64,000 nucleotides of DNA. Source: Candidatus Poribacteria bacterium (GTDB lineage: Bacteria; Poribacteria; WGA-4E; PCPOR2b). The stretch lies in assembly GCA_965215015.1 (NCBI GenBank), contig OZ244042.1:2112001-2176000 (forward strand), written 5' to 3'. This document shows, one piece after another, positions 31,411 through 41,712 of the stretch. Position 1 is the first letter of the stretch; every line of letters begins with the position of its first letter. The notes beneath the pieces were generated by a model, which searched no databases, had not been told where the DNA came from, and saw only the letters and a program-made list of their open reading frames with translations. The position numbers and the translations under genes are program-made.

Positions 31411-32688
31411 CTACTTTTTTACGCGCTGCCCGCCCTCGATGGCGAGGAGAAACGCCTTTCCATCTTCCGACATTTCTGCCTCTTCGGGCGGTTCACCTTC
31501 AAATTGTTTCTTTAACGCGGGGTAAGCGGTGACGGTGGGCACCTCGTCAAGTTCTGTAAGTGGTGGGATGCGAGACTGGGCAGCTTCAATTATGGGGACA
31601 GTTCTTTCAAGTTTTTGATTCCTGTGTAACTCGTCCCGTTCTTTGAATTCGGGCATGACACGCGATGCGAGTAACTCAAGGGCTTCGCAGATATCCTCGT
31701 GACGGTTGCGACCTGCCTGCTGGATAAAGATCACCTGATCAACACCCATCTCCTCGTACTTCAGCAGATGCTCGCGGAGTTGGTCTGGGGTGCCGATACC
31801 CCCTCTCGCCTCACGGGGAGGCTCTGGAGCTGCCTTATACGACTCCCAAACGTCCGTATGACCGGGGACATGGGACCCTACGACGTAATAGTGTGAGAGT
31901 CCATGCGTGAAGAATCGTAAGCCATCCAAGCCTCGCTTGATAGCTGTCTCTTCATCCTCATGGCATGAAAAGCCACTCACCATTGCAACACTCAGATTCA
32001 CCGCCTGACCGATGGGCCGACACTCCTTCTCGGCAATCTCGTAATACTCTTCAACCCAAAACTTAGCATCATCTGGATGGACAAACGCAAACGTTAAAGC
32101 ACCCATACCGTTCCTCGCCGCATACCGCATGGTATCCCGACTGGGACAGGCAACCCAGATGGGCGGGTGTGGCTTCTGAGCGGGTTTTGGTAAAACGTTG
32201 CGGGGTGGCATCGAAAAATACTTCCCCTCAAAACCGGCGTAGGGCGTTTGCACCATCATTTTAGCAGCTTCACGCGTACACTCCTCCCACATCTCACGTT
32301 TCTGTTCAGGAGAGATCCTGAAACCGCCAAGTTCTATGTGCGAAGCGGATTCGCCGGTCCCCCACTCCACACGTCCGTTTGAAACGAGATCCAGCGTTGC
32401 AATCCGCTCAGCGACACGTGCCGGGTGGTTGTATGCGGGCGGCATCAACACAATGCCGTGACCAAGCCGAATCTGCTTTGTCCGCTGACTGCACGCGGCC
32501 AGGAACACTTCGGGAGCAGAGGAGTGGGAGTATTCCTCAAGGAAGTGGTGTTCGACCTCCCACACGTAATCATAACCGAGCCGATCTGCAAGTTCCACCT
32601 GATCGAGGGCATCTTGAAACAACCTTAGTTCGTCGCCATCGTTCCACGGGCGCGGAATCTGGTGTTCGTAGAATATACCAAATTTCAC
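31411..32688 (-). CDS. LLM-class (luciferase-like) flavin-dependent oxidoreductase
   Basis: WEVEHHF, HPARVAERIATLDLVSNGR, PKPAQKPHPP. Confidence 0.92.
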   Translation of the reverse strand: MKFGIFYEHQIPRPWNDGDELRLFQDALDQVELADRLGYDYVWEVEHHFLEEYSHSSAPEVFLAACSQRTKQIRLGHGIVLMPPAYNHPARVAERIATLDLVSNGRVEWGTGESASHIELGGFRISPEQKREMWEECTREAAKMMVQTPYAGFEGKYFSMPPRNVLPKPAQKPHPPIWVACPSRDTMRYAARNGMGALTFAFVHPDDAKFWVEEYYEIAEKECRPIGQAVNLSVAMVSGFSCHEDEETAIKRGLDGLRFFTHGLSHYYVVGSHVPGHTDVWESYKAAPEPPREARGGIGTPDQLREHLLKYEEMGVDQVIFIQQAGRNRHEDICEALELLASRVMPEFKERDELHRNQKLERTVPIIEAAQSRIPPLTELDEVPTVTAYPALKKQFEGEPPEEAEMSEDGKAFLLAIEGGQRVKK

Positions 32689-32756
32689 AAGGCACAACCT
32701 CCACGTAATTTAACTACCGCTGATCATTCTTATGCTCGAAGTAATCTCAAGTACGC

Positions 32757-33782
32757 TTAGTTTTCCGAAGATTTAGAAGGGGGTGGACTCTCAGGGTGCC
32801 AAATTCCAATCTCTTGGTAATAGCGAATTGAACCGGGGTGAAACGGTGTACCGGTGTTCTTGACAACGTTTTTGGGGTTAATTGCCTTGCCCGCAGGGTG
32901 TGTCTTCACGACTTCGGCACGTTGTTCGTAGAGGATTTTGGTGAACTGGTAAACCGTCTCTGTGTCTACGTTCGCACCGGTAATCAGGTGCATGGCACCG
33001 ACATTCATGCCGTGGAAGGAGTTGTCTTGACCCCGGTACGTTCCTGAAGGGATAACCACAGCGTTAAAAAACGGGTAGTTTTCAAACAATCCCTGTTTCG
33101 CCGTGTCATCAAACGGGATGAAAAAGATGTTCTGGGACGCACTGGCTCGTGTAATCGATGCAGTTGGAACAGCCCCACCCAAGAACGCAGCGGCGGCGGA
33201 ACCGTCAGCGAGCATATCGACGGCACCGGCTTGGGTGTTGTGGAGCGGGGTAAAATCTTGGTAATTCACGCCATGTGCAGCCAAGATGGGCCCCAGAAAA
33301 TACTCAAATCCCGCGCCTGCAGGACCAACCACCACACGCTTTCCCCTTAGATCCGAAAGCTTTTTTACGCCAGAGGATTGTGGGGTAATAAAAAGGGCAA
33401 CATTGGGAGCAAGGGTCATCACTGTCCGAATCGGCTGCTCCCCTTTCCACGCCCCCTCCCCGCGAACTGCGAAATAAGAGATGGCAGCGTTGGCAAGGGC
33501 AAATTCTAACTCATCCTTGGCGAGACGTCGGATATTTTCCTGTGTGCCTTTGGTCGCTTCGGCGGAAACTTCCCAGTTCAGGTCACCTGTATGGTTGCTG
33601 ACGACCTGCGCGATTGCACCACCGACGACGAAAAATGCTCCACCCGGTGGTGCCGTGCCCACGCTGAGAAATTGGCGTTTTTGCGCGCTGGCACTGAAGG
33701 CAGCTAAACTTAGTGAAGTGATAAGCCCGATGATCACAAGGTAGTTCCAGTTAATTCGTTTGGTTTTTTTTCTTGAATTCAC
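32757..33782 (-). CDS. TAXI-family TRAP transporter solute-binding protein
   Basis: GTAPPGG.FF..G, TKGTQENI, LRGKRVVVGPAG, PFHPG..RYYQE. Confidence 0.9.
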   Translation of the reverse strand: MNSRKKTKRINWNYLVIIGLITSLSLAAFSASAQKRQFLSVGTAPPGGAFFVVGGAIAQVVSNHTGDLNWEVSAEATKGTQENIRRLAKDELEFALANAAISYFAVRGEGAWKGEQPIRTVMTLAPNVALFITPQSSGVKKLSDLRGKRVVVGPAGAGFEYFLGPILAAHGVNYQDFTPLHNTQAGAVDMLADGSAAAAFLGGAVPTASITRASASQNIFFIPFDDTAKQGLFENYPFFNAVVIPSGTYRGQDNSFHGMNVGAMHLITGANVDTETVYQFTKILYEQRAEVVKTHPAGKAINPKNVVKNTGTPFHPGSIRYYQEIGIWHPESPPPSKSSEN

Positions 33783-34079
33783 TTGTTCACTCCTTTAATA
33801 AGAATAAATTAACCCACGTTGCTAGGTTCCGTTGACATTTGACAAATTAAGTCAATTCTGATGCACTTGAAGCAACTGTGGACTCCAGCTTTCTGTCAGT
33901 CTATATTGTGGTCAGGTACAAGCCCCCGATGGATCAGGCCTAAGAAGCCTACCCTATATTTCGTCGATTCCTGTATATGAACACCTCTCAGGTTTGAGAG
34001 CGTTCGTTTTATCGCTGCGAATCCACGGGAGGACAGCGGCAATATTGTCAACCTTCTCTCTGAGAGAAGTGGTATCGGT

Positions 34080-34300
34080 TTGACGTACTCCCAGCCCTAA
34101 AGGCTTGGGATTCTTACCTTTAGGAGTAGAATCGCTCTATCTAACAGGCGTCAAAGAGAGCCATCCGAAGATGGGCTTACCCCTTCTCCTGAGAAGGTGG
34201 ACGCCCCACCCTAAAGATATTGACCCCGGCGGCGCGATCTCCATCTAACTCTGTATCGCAGTTCAGACACTGCCATGTCCTGTCCCGCAGATTCAACGAT
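34080..34300 (-). mobile_element. tnpB: tnpB 3' stub plus omegaRNA region and IS200/IS605 right end
   Basis: LNLRDRTWQCLNCDTELDGDRAAGVNI; right end AAGAATCCCAAGCCTTTAGGGCTGGGAGTACGTCAA. Confidence 0.85.
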
Positions 34301-34441
34301 TGACAAACCCCCAAGCCGAACACGCCCAAAACGGCGGCAAATGTCTGCCGCCTTTGGTGAAGGACACCCCTTGTCACGGCTTGTCCCCTGCCTGCCCCCC
34401 CACTTGCGAGGGGTTAGGTCGGAAGATTCTGATAAATTATG

Positions 34442-35518
34442 CTAGCCTATCCGATACCGTTCAACCGCATCCATATCAAGCCTCACACCCAGACCCGGTT
34501 TTTCTGGGACCTTTGCCAGTCCATCCTTAATAATCAACGATTCAGCAAGAAGTGAATGCTCTAGGAGTATGTAAAGTGAAACATGACTCAACGACGCATT
34601 GGGGAGAGCAGCAGCGAGGTGCACCATAAAGACCGCAGAGACACCTGTAAAACCCATCTGGAGCCAAAATGGCTTATTCGCAGCAGAAGCAATATTGGCA
34701 CATCGTAGAATGCCAGCGAGCCACCCACCCACCACATAATAATCATAGGCGGGCGAAGGGAGCGAAATTGTCGGCGGCGGTGAACCAAAATGGATTGCCA
34801 GCGGGAGACCGAGCTCTTTCTTCAGTCGTAGATACCCCTCAACGTCCTCTTGATTGATTGGGGATTCCAGACACTTGACGTGGGGATATTCTTTCAACCG
34901 CCGACCGAAAGAAAGGGCGCGCTCCACGGTTCCAAAGGTGGTGTTGGCATCAATTGTAAGCTCATAATCTTCTGGTGCTATCTCCGCAATGGCTTGTACC
35001 TGTTCCACTACATCGGTGTGGGCGCGGCGTTTAAATTTATGCACTCGAAAACCGCCTTCTAGCGCAATCCTTACCTCCTGCTGCAACACCTCCGGCGGAA
35101 AACACTGCGACCAATAGGCAATTGGAGCACTCTGCTGACATGGACCAAACAGCCGTGCCATCGGCAGCCCGACCGCCTGGCCCATCAGGTCATAAAAAGC
35201 GATCTGAAGCGGTCCAGCGGTATCGTCCATGATGAATTCAAAGGGGCTTCTCCCTAGATACGTCTGGATTTTGTCTTCGGAAATACTCGCGCCTTCGCCG
35301 ATTCCCACAAGCCCTTCGTCGGTGTGCACACGATAAATTGATGTTTCCACAGTGGGCACCGCTGATTCGCTCCACTGTCTTTCAAACTCACTTCTGTTCG
35401 CTTGAAATTCATCATCTGTTGCCCGGTTGCCGAGATTCCAACCTTTCCGAAGGGGTTCCCGTACACGCTCCAGATAAGGAATCTCCACAGTAATCTGCTC
35501 AATTTGGGTAATTTTCAC
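34442..35518 (-). CDS. Mandelate racemase/muconate lactonizing enzyme family protein
   Basis: VHTDEGLVGIGE, HKFK, DAN, ESP, PGLGV. Confidence 0.85.
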   Translation of the reverse strand: MKITQIEQITVEIPYLERVREPLRKGWNLGNRATDDEFQANRSEFERQWSESAVPTVETSIYRVHTDEGLVGIGEGASISEDKIQTYLGRSPFEFIMDDTAGPLQIAFYDLMGQAVGLPMARLFGPCQQSAPIAYWSQCFPPEVLQQEVRIALEGGFRVHKFKRRAHTDVVEQVQAIAEIAPEDYELTIDANTTFGTVERALSFGRRLKEYPHVKCLESPINQEDVEGYLRLKKELGLPLAIHFGSPPPTISLPSPAYDYYVVGGWLAGILRCANIASAANKPFWLQMGFTGVSAVFMVHLAAALPNASLSHVSLYILLEHSLLAESLIIKDGLAKVPEKPGLGVRLDMDAVERYRIG

Positions 35519-35567
35519 GGTTTTTCCTTTCGCTTGGTCATTTTTATGGCCCCTGATGAACCTTACA

Positions 35568-36689
35568 TCATGCGCGCTTATCTCTCCAATGCGTCAACTG
35601 TTCTTCATCCAACTCGACACCCAACCCAGGACCTTCGGGGACGCGAGCGACTTGGGGGCCGAGAGCAAGGGGCTCCCGCAGCAGATCTGCTTCATGATAA
35701 AGCGGCCCAATAATGTCTGCCGGGTAGGTTTCGCTGTCAATGGTGGGCATCGCAGCTGCGACATGCAGCATCGCAGCACTCCCAATCCCCAATTCCAGAT
35801 TACTCCCGATACTACCAACTGCGCCGGCGGCTTTTGCAACATGCACAATTTCGAGGGTAGCACTCAGTCCACCGTGTTTGCCGGGGTACACGCTGAAGAC
35901 ATCAGCGGCACGCGCATTAGCCAGCAGCCACGCATCTGCAAGTGTGAAAAGGCTTTCATCCGCCATGATTGGGATATACGTCGCTTCCCTGAGTTGCGCG
36001 AGCGAGTCCGGGTTATCGGGAGAGATGGGTTGTTCCGCGAAAAGCATATCGTAAGGCTCAAGCTTGGGGAGCATACGACGGGCAGTATCCAAGCTCCAAC
36101 CACAATTGACATCAATGCCAATGGGAACTGCTTGCCCAGCAATCTCTCGCACAGCTTTAACGCGCTGCAAATCTGTCACCGGATCGAGACCGACCTTAAC
36201 TTTCAGGCAGCGTACCCCCCAATTGAGGAATCGCTCCGCCAGACTGACCGCTTGAGGAACATCGAACGCACCGACAACCATCTTAATTGGGATTTCGTCG
36301 CGGACCCGCCCGCCGAGCAGCTGATAAACGGGAACCCCCACCGCTTTTCCAGCTAAATCCCACAACGCCATTTCTACTGCCGCCTTTGTGAACGGGTTGA
36401 GCTTGATCTCTCTATCCATGACAGCTCGCAGCAAATTAATCTGGGTGGGGTCAGCACCGACCAACGCAGGGGCAATCAGTTCCTCAATGGCAGCGACGCA
36501 GCCGCGACTGGTTTCACCGCTCCAGCGAGGTGCTACTGTTGCTTCGCCCAGACCGACTAAGTCCGTATCGGTATGGATGCGAACGATGACATAAGGTGAG
36601 TCGATATGTTCGCCATGGGCGGTCTTCGTTGTCAACCCTGCCTTCAGGGGAACTCGGACAGGGATCGGTTCAATCTGTGTAATGTGCAT
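35568..36689 (-). CDS. Muconate cycloisomerase-like enolase-superfamily protein
   Basis: ALWDLAGK, LKVKVG, DVNCGW, EQP, ADES, GSNLE, PGLGV. Confidence 0.88.
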   Translation of the reverse strand: MHITQIEPIPVRVPLKAGLTTKTAHGEHIDSPYVIVRIHTDTDLVGLGEATVAPRWSGETSRGCVAAIEELIAPALVGADPTQINLLRAVMDREIKLNPFTKAAVEMALWDLAGKAVGVPVYQLLGGRVRDEIPIKMVVGAFDVPQAVSLAERFLNWGVRCLKVKVGLDPVTDLQRVKAVREIAGQAVPIGIDVNCGWSLDTARRMLPKLEPYDMLFAEQPISPDNPDSLAQLREATYIPIMADESLFTLADAWLLANARAADVFSVYPGKHGGLSATLEIVHVAKAAGAVGSIGSNLELGIGSAAMLHVAAAMPTIDSETYPADIIGPLYHEADLLREPLALGPQVARVPEGPGLGVELDEEQLTHWRDKRA

Positions 36690-36876
36690 GGCAAGCCTCT
36701 GTTTGCTTAGGGGCACAGTCGTAACCTAAGTTGCTGCCTATTGTAATCAGTCAGGATTCTTATCTCGATCCGATAGTTGGTAGGTTAGACTTCCGAGCCC
36801 GACCTCGTCCCAATCCGCGTAGGTCGGGCAAAATGCCGGACCTATGGGAATAATGGCAACTTATGTCCAGTCGAAA

Positions 36877-37770
36877 TTAATCGAATTGGATGAACTGTTT
36901 CCAATTTTCATAGATAATGTTGTGAATTGCTTCCTTGGGAAACTGGGGGAAGTTGCTTCCCTCGACGATAGCATTTACCTTGTGCTGACCGGCTATCACC
37001 TGCTCCGGGGTAGCCGAGGGAAAATCGGAACCGAAAATCAACTTATGCTCCACCCCGTACTCAAGGGCTGTAATAAACGCTTGATAGTGCCGCCACGGAC
37101 GATAGTGGAGGGCGGAGATGTCGACATACAGATTGGGATGTTTGCGAATCAGTACTACGCAATCGGTCTCCCACGGATGCCCCATGTGTGCAATGATCAT
37201 GCGAAGATTCGGACAAGCAACTGCGATATCCTCCAACATAATCGGGTTGGAGTATTTCAACGGTCCAGGGCGAACAAACGAGGTGCCCTGATGCCAGATC
37301 ACCGGGATGTCTAATGCTTCGGCCTTTTTGAAAAGTGGGAGATGTTTCGTATCCTGCGGGTCGAAATTCTGGTAAATAGGTGCAACTTTGAGGCCGCGAA
37401 GTCCAAGTTCCTCAACGTTGTAAACAAGTTGATCCACACAGTCTTCATCGTTTGGATCGACCGAACACCAGCCGATAAAGCGGTCTAAATGCTGGTTGAC
37501 AAAGTCCGCAATCAGCTCCTGCGGGATATTGATGCCGCAGAAGGGAGCTTTCAGCCCAAACACAATAACCTTATCACAGTTCCTGGTTGCTTCAAGTAAG
37601 GTTTCAGGCGTAGAATCGAAGGCGTTCTTTTCCTCTTCCTCCTCATCAGCGAAGTAAACGTCCGGCGTAATCCGCATCTTTGCTTTCTTAGCAGCAAGCG
37701 CAAACTCGACAAATTCCTCGGAATAGTGATCGGGATACCAACCGAGATTCGTGTGAATGTCAACAAGCAT
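36877..37770 (-). CDS. Amidohydrolase family 2 protein
   Basis: DIHTN, WHQG, AHMGHPW, FGSDFP. Confidence 0.9.
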   Translation of the reverse strand: MLVDIHTNLGWYPDHYSEEFVEFALAAKKAKMRITPDVYFADEEEEEKNAFDSTPETLLEATRNCDKVIVFGLKAPFCGINIPQELIADFVNQHLDRFIGWCSVDPNDEDCVDQLVYNVEELGLRGLKVAPIYQNFDPQDTKHLPLFKKAEALDIPVIWHQGTSFVRPGPLKYSNPIMLEDIAVACPNLRMIIAHMGHPWETDCVVLIRKHPNLYVDISALHYRPWRHYQAFITALEYGVEHKLIFGSDFPSATPEQVIAGQHKVNAIVEGSNFPQFPKEAIHNIIYENWKQFIQFD

Positions 37771-38151
37771 TAAAAACTCCTTTGAAAAATCTTGTACTGT
37801 TTGTCCCGGATTCTTTTCGGCCTATCCTACATAAAACGACAATCAGCTGAATTGGACGGGTATGCTACCACACCTCCATACGGAAGTCAATTCTTAAAAT
37901 CGGGGTTCGCAGGGTAATTGCATGTAAATAGTTGGTGTATATGACTTTGGCATACGATAATCGAAATGGACTCGTAGGCACAGATTTCCTAACCTGTAAT
38001 CCCCACTCCGTAATTGCTATAACAGATATCGGGGGTCACTCTTCCCAGCGCGTTGACAGGACGGACATTAACCGATTCAATGGAGGCGTACCTCTCGGAC
38101 TAGCGGACATATTTGAGGGGAACCCACAATTCTGAATTATGTCTGGTTAAA

Positions 38152-39638
38152 TCACAAGCGCGCCACCCAGCGGCGTAATTGCAACTCCAGATCGTTCGCA
38201 ACATCTGCATAATCTGCTAATATATTGTGCTGGTCATACGGATCTGACGCTCGACCGTACAGTTCGATGAGCGCATTGTCCTCCAGCATGACATGTAACC
38301 GCCACGCCGTGTCCTGAATAGACCATGAACGATCATGATGACCTGTGTAGGCATAGTCGCGCACACGGTCTGTCTCACCACGAATCAATGGCACTAGGCT
38401 ATGGCCGTGCAAGGGAACCGTCTCCGACCCCAGTTGTATGTCCTGTGGGAAGAGCTCCCTGGTCGGACGCGGGCCTGTGCGAGCCAAAGTCAGGTTTTTA
38501 CCAATGCCAAGAAAGTCTAAGAGGGTGGGAAACAGATCGGTCGGCTGAACAAGGGCGTCAATCACACCTTGATGCGAATTGGGAGACCCGAGGGCGTCCG
38601 GCAAACGAAACACCATCGGAATCCTCACCAACTCTTCATAGTTCCATGGTCTCGCCTTACGGATAATCCCATGCTCCCCAAACGGTTCCCCGTGATCGCT
38701 TAACCAGACGACCAGCGTATTTTCGAGCAATCCCAAATCTCGCACATAATCCACCAACATCCCTGCCCACTTGTCAGTAAACGTGACCTCCCCCGCGTAG
38801 AGCGAGCGGACGCGGACGATTTCATCAGGAGTGAGGTAGTCGTGTTCGCTCTTGGCCTTCGGTTCCGGGGTCAAGGGGCTGCCGATATTCGTACAGGGCC
38901 CTGCCACCGGATCGATGATGTCTTGTCCAGAGTAGTCGGCGGCTTTGTACATAGACCAGAACGGTTCCGGCGGATCCCACGGTTCATGTGGATCGAAGTA
39001 ATCCACCCAGAGGAAGAGCTTATCTTTTTTGCCTTGCTGGTTCACCACGGCATCGAGCCAACGAATCGCTTCATGGGTCACACGCGGGGCAAAAAAATCC
39101 TCCTCGATCTGGCATGTGGAACGGTTTTTCATGTATTGCTCAAATCGAGGTGCCCACAGTGCATCGGTATCATCTCCGCGTAAACGGTGCCAGATGTTTG
39201 TGTCAATGGGGCGGTCGTCGACAATCCACGGATCGTATTCCTGTCCACGCACAAAAACCGTCGTATCAAAACCGCGTCCTATATTGTACACCGGTTTATG
39301 CCCATGGTACACATCAGTGACCAAGGCACTGGTGTATCCGTGGCTCCAAAGGACTTCGGCAAGTAAATAATCCGATTCCTGAAAAGGCTGCCAAGGGCGG
39401 AACGGAAAGCCGACGCGTCCCGTCCACCATGTGGTGCGAGTCGGTATCGTGGGCAAGCTCTCGGCGTAGCAGTGCGAAAAGAGAATGCCTTCCGCCGCGA
39501 GGCGTCGAGATGAGGGGTGGCCGTCTTCTTTATACCCTCGGCAGTACCATATTCGACAGCGCGGATACCTCCCACGCCATCATAGCAACTACAATGGTCT
39601 GCCCGTAGTGAATCATTGACAATGCAAATGATGTTCAT
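38152..39638 (-). CDS. Sulfatase-like hydrolase with single frameshift near 39502
   Basis: N-terminal NDSLRADH, TPHLD; after a +1 fix LAAEGILFSHCYAESLPTIPTR; DPHEPWDPP, SDHGEPFGEHG. Confidence 0.85.
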
Positions 39639-39672
39639 TTTTACCTCCTATATAATTTTCCATCCTACCATA

Positions 39673-39955
39673 TAACCCAAGTTGCTAGTAGTAGGCATAC
39701 TCTGGCCCGATGGGATCGGGATTCAAAGCAATATACCGTAACCGATGTGCAAATATGGAAACTTGACCTACGATCTAACTAGGTTCTGTTGACATGTCAT
39801 CGCAACCGGATAATCGAGGACTGTGCAAAGACACACGGTCCTTTCGTAGGGGTTGGGGCTCCTAACCCGCTTTGGTCAATGGGCGAGGCGACCTCGCCCC
39901 TACGAGGACGGACAGTTTCACATAAATGTCAATACGCCCTAGCAATTTGGATTAT
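39673..39955. mobile_element. Nested miniature elements: outer family D (TAACCCAAGTTGCTAG) with inner MITE B (39779-39942) and REPs
   Basis: TAACCCAAGTTGCTAG...CTAGCAATTTGGATTA enclosing CTAGGTTCTGTTGACAT...ATGTCAATACGCCCTAG. Confidence 0.6.
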
Positions 39956-40039
39956 TTTGTAGAAAGCAAGTTGTGGCACAGATTTCCTAATCTGCGGTTA
40001 TGTCCCGATGCAAAATCGGAGGCGGCTGTGTGTCAATGT

Positions 40040-40237
40040 TAGGACTTACGTAGTCGAGTTTGTAGCAGTGTAATTCAACCCACGTCTTTAAGACAGTAGA
40101 CACGCTCCGCGTGCCTGCTACTGTTCAGATGAACTGGAGTTGCCCGATTCATCGGGCGTCGTGACTCATATAGATACCAACACTGTCGCACAGCAGTGTC
40201 AGGTGTTGGCTTTGAACGTTCAACTGCGTAGGGCCTA
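40040..40237. mobile_element. MITE family A
   Basis: TAGGACTTACG...TTCAACTGCGTAGGGCCTA; shares internal blocks with the 15579 copy. Confidence 0.75.
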
Positions 40238-40365
40238 ACAATAAGGTAACCTTTGAAGCAATCGTAGAGCCTGCCCTCGATGAAATCGGGGTTAGCAAAC
40301 CTACGCCACGATCGGATTGCGATTAGTTGTCGAGTGTGGAAACTCGACACTACAAGAGCAGTCCG

Positions 40366-41538
40366 TTATAGGTAGGGCGGCCACTGCCAGCCCCTTTTTG
40401 TAGCAAACCAGAGTTCTTCTGGGGCCGGTTTCGGCCCTGCCTGTAGCCTCCTGAGAACATCTTCGTCGTATTGGATCCCGAAGCCAGGTTTCTTCGGAGG
40501 CGATATCTCGCCGTTTTTCGGAAGAATCGGGTCTATAACAGCCGAACCCTTGGGAGGCGGTGCGCTCCTGAAGCATTCAACGAACAGCCCGTTTGGCACA
40601 GCGGCCACCAACGATGCTGCGATCTCGGTGGTCGCATGGGGACACATAGGCAGACCGTATGAATCGGCAATGGCGGCGATCTTCACCCACTCGGTTACAC
40701 CACCGCACCGGACGATGTCTGCTTGGACGAACTGCACGCCACCCCGTTCCATCAACTCCCTGAACTCCCACTTCGTTGCGTGAGTTTCACCCAGGGCTAT
40801 CGGGATGCTTATCTCTGCGGCAAGTTTGATGTGATTCTCTAACTCATCGGGAGGCAGCGGCTCCTCGAGCCAGTAAATGTTATACTTCTCCAGCTTCTCC
40901 GCCATTCGTATGGCTGTATTGAGACTCCAGCCAGAGTTGACGTCCAGTGTCAGGTCTACATGTGGGCCAATGGTCTCCCTCACCAATTTGACCCGCTCCA
41001 CGTCTTCGTTCGGATTTCTCCTCCCGACCTTCATCTTCACCATCTTGAACCCAGCTTCGACGAACCCGGAATAGATGGCCACGAGTTCTTCCTCGCTGGC
41101 GAGGAGGCTGACGCTGCTTCCATAGGCTGCCACCGTGTCCCTGTGGGCACCAAGCAGTTTGTGAACCGGTTGGTTGAGAATCTTCCCTTTCAGGTCCCAC
41201 AAGGCGATGTCTATCGCGCCAATTACCGATAGAACAACGCCCCTTCTGCCCCACCGTACACTACCCCAGTATAGCTTATCCCAGATCCGCTCGGTATCGA
41301 GGGGATCCTCACCGACAACTAGCGGTTTGAACATATGCTCAATGAGCAGCTTGTTCAATGAGACACCTTCGGGTCCAACCTGCGGTTCGCCAATCGAGGC
41401 AAATCCTGTCATGCCTTCGTCAGTGGATATTTGCACGAGCGAATTCGCGCGAATCTCGGGATTCACCACCGTGGCGTCAGTACTCTGCTTGACGTTGGCA
41501 TACACGGGGTCGGATAGTTTTACATCTGTGACTTTCAC
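40366..41538 (-). CDS. Mandelate racemase/acid-sugar dehydratase family protein
   Basis: IDIALWDLKGK, KMKVG, DVN, WLEEP, GE, D..RCGG.TE, PH. Confidence 0.9.
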   Translation of the reverse strand: MKVTDVKLSDPVYANVKQSTDATVVNPEIRANSLVQISTDEGMTGFASIGEPQVGPEGVSLNKLLIEHMFKPLVVGEDPLDTERIWDKLYWGSVRWGRRGVVLSVIGAIDIALWDLKGKILNQPVHKLLGAHRDTVAAYGSSVSLLASEEELVAIYSGFVEAGFKMVKMKVGRRNPNEDVERVKLVRETIGPHVDLTLDVNSGWSLNTAIRMAEKLEKYNIYWLEEPLPPDELENHIKLAAEISIPIALGETHATKWEFRELMERGGVQFVQADIVRCGGVTEWVKIAAIADSYGLPMCPHATTEIAASLVAAVPNGLFVECFRSAPPPKGSAVIDPILPKNGEISPPKKPGFGIQYDEDVLRRLQAGPKPAPEELWFATKRGWQWPPYL

Positions 41539-41712
41539 CTAAACTCTCTCCCTTCTATTTTCATTGGCTGGCGTCATGTAATCCCGGACGCTAACTCAGC
41601 CATTTCTAGTTGTGGGCTTCTTCTGTGTATCTCTTCGACCACATAATTACTCGGTAGTGCCGGAGTAAATCAAACACTTGGCTTGAACAAGATGGTAAGG
41701 TAATGACCGGAG

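Noticed and set aside
35556-36356. 266-aa plus-strand ORF (also 59315-59935 and 20837-21475)
   Set aside because: These are antisense shadows of well-supported genes.
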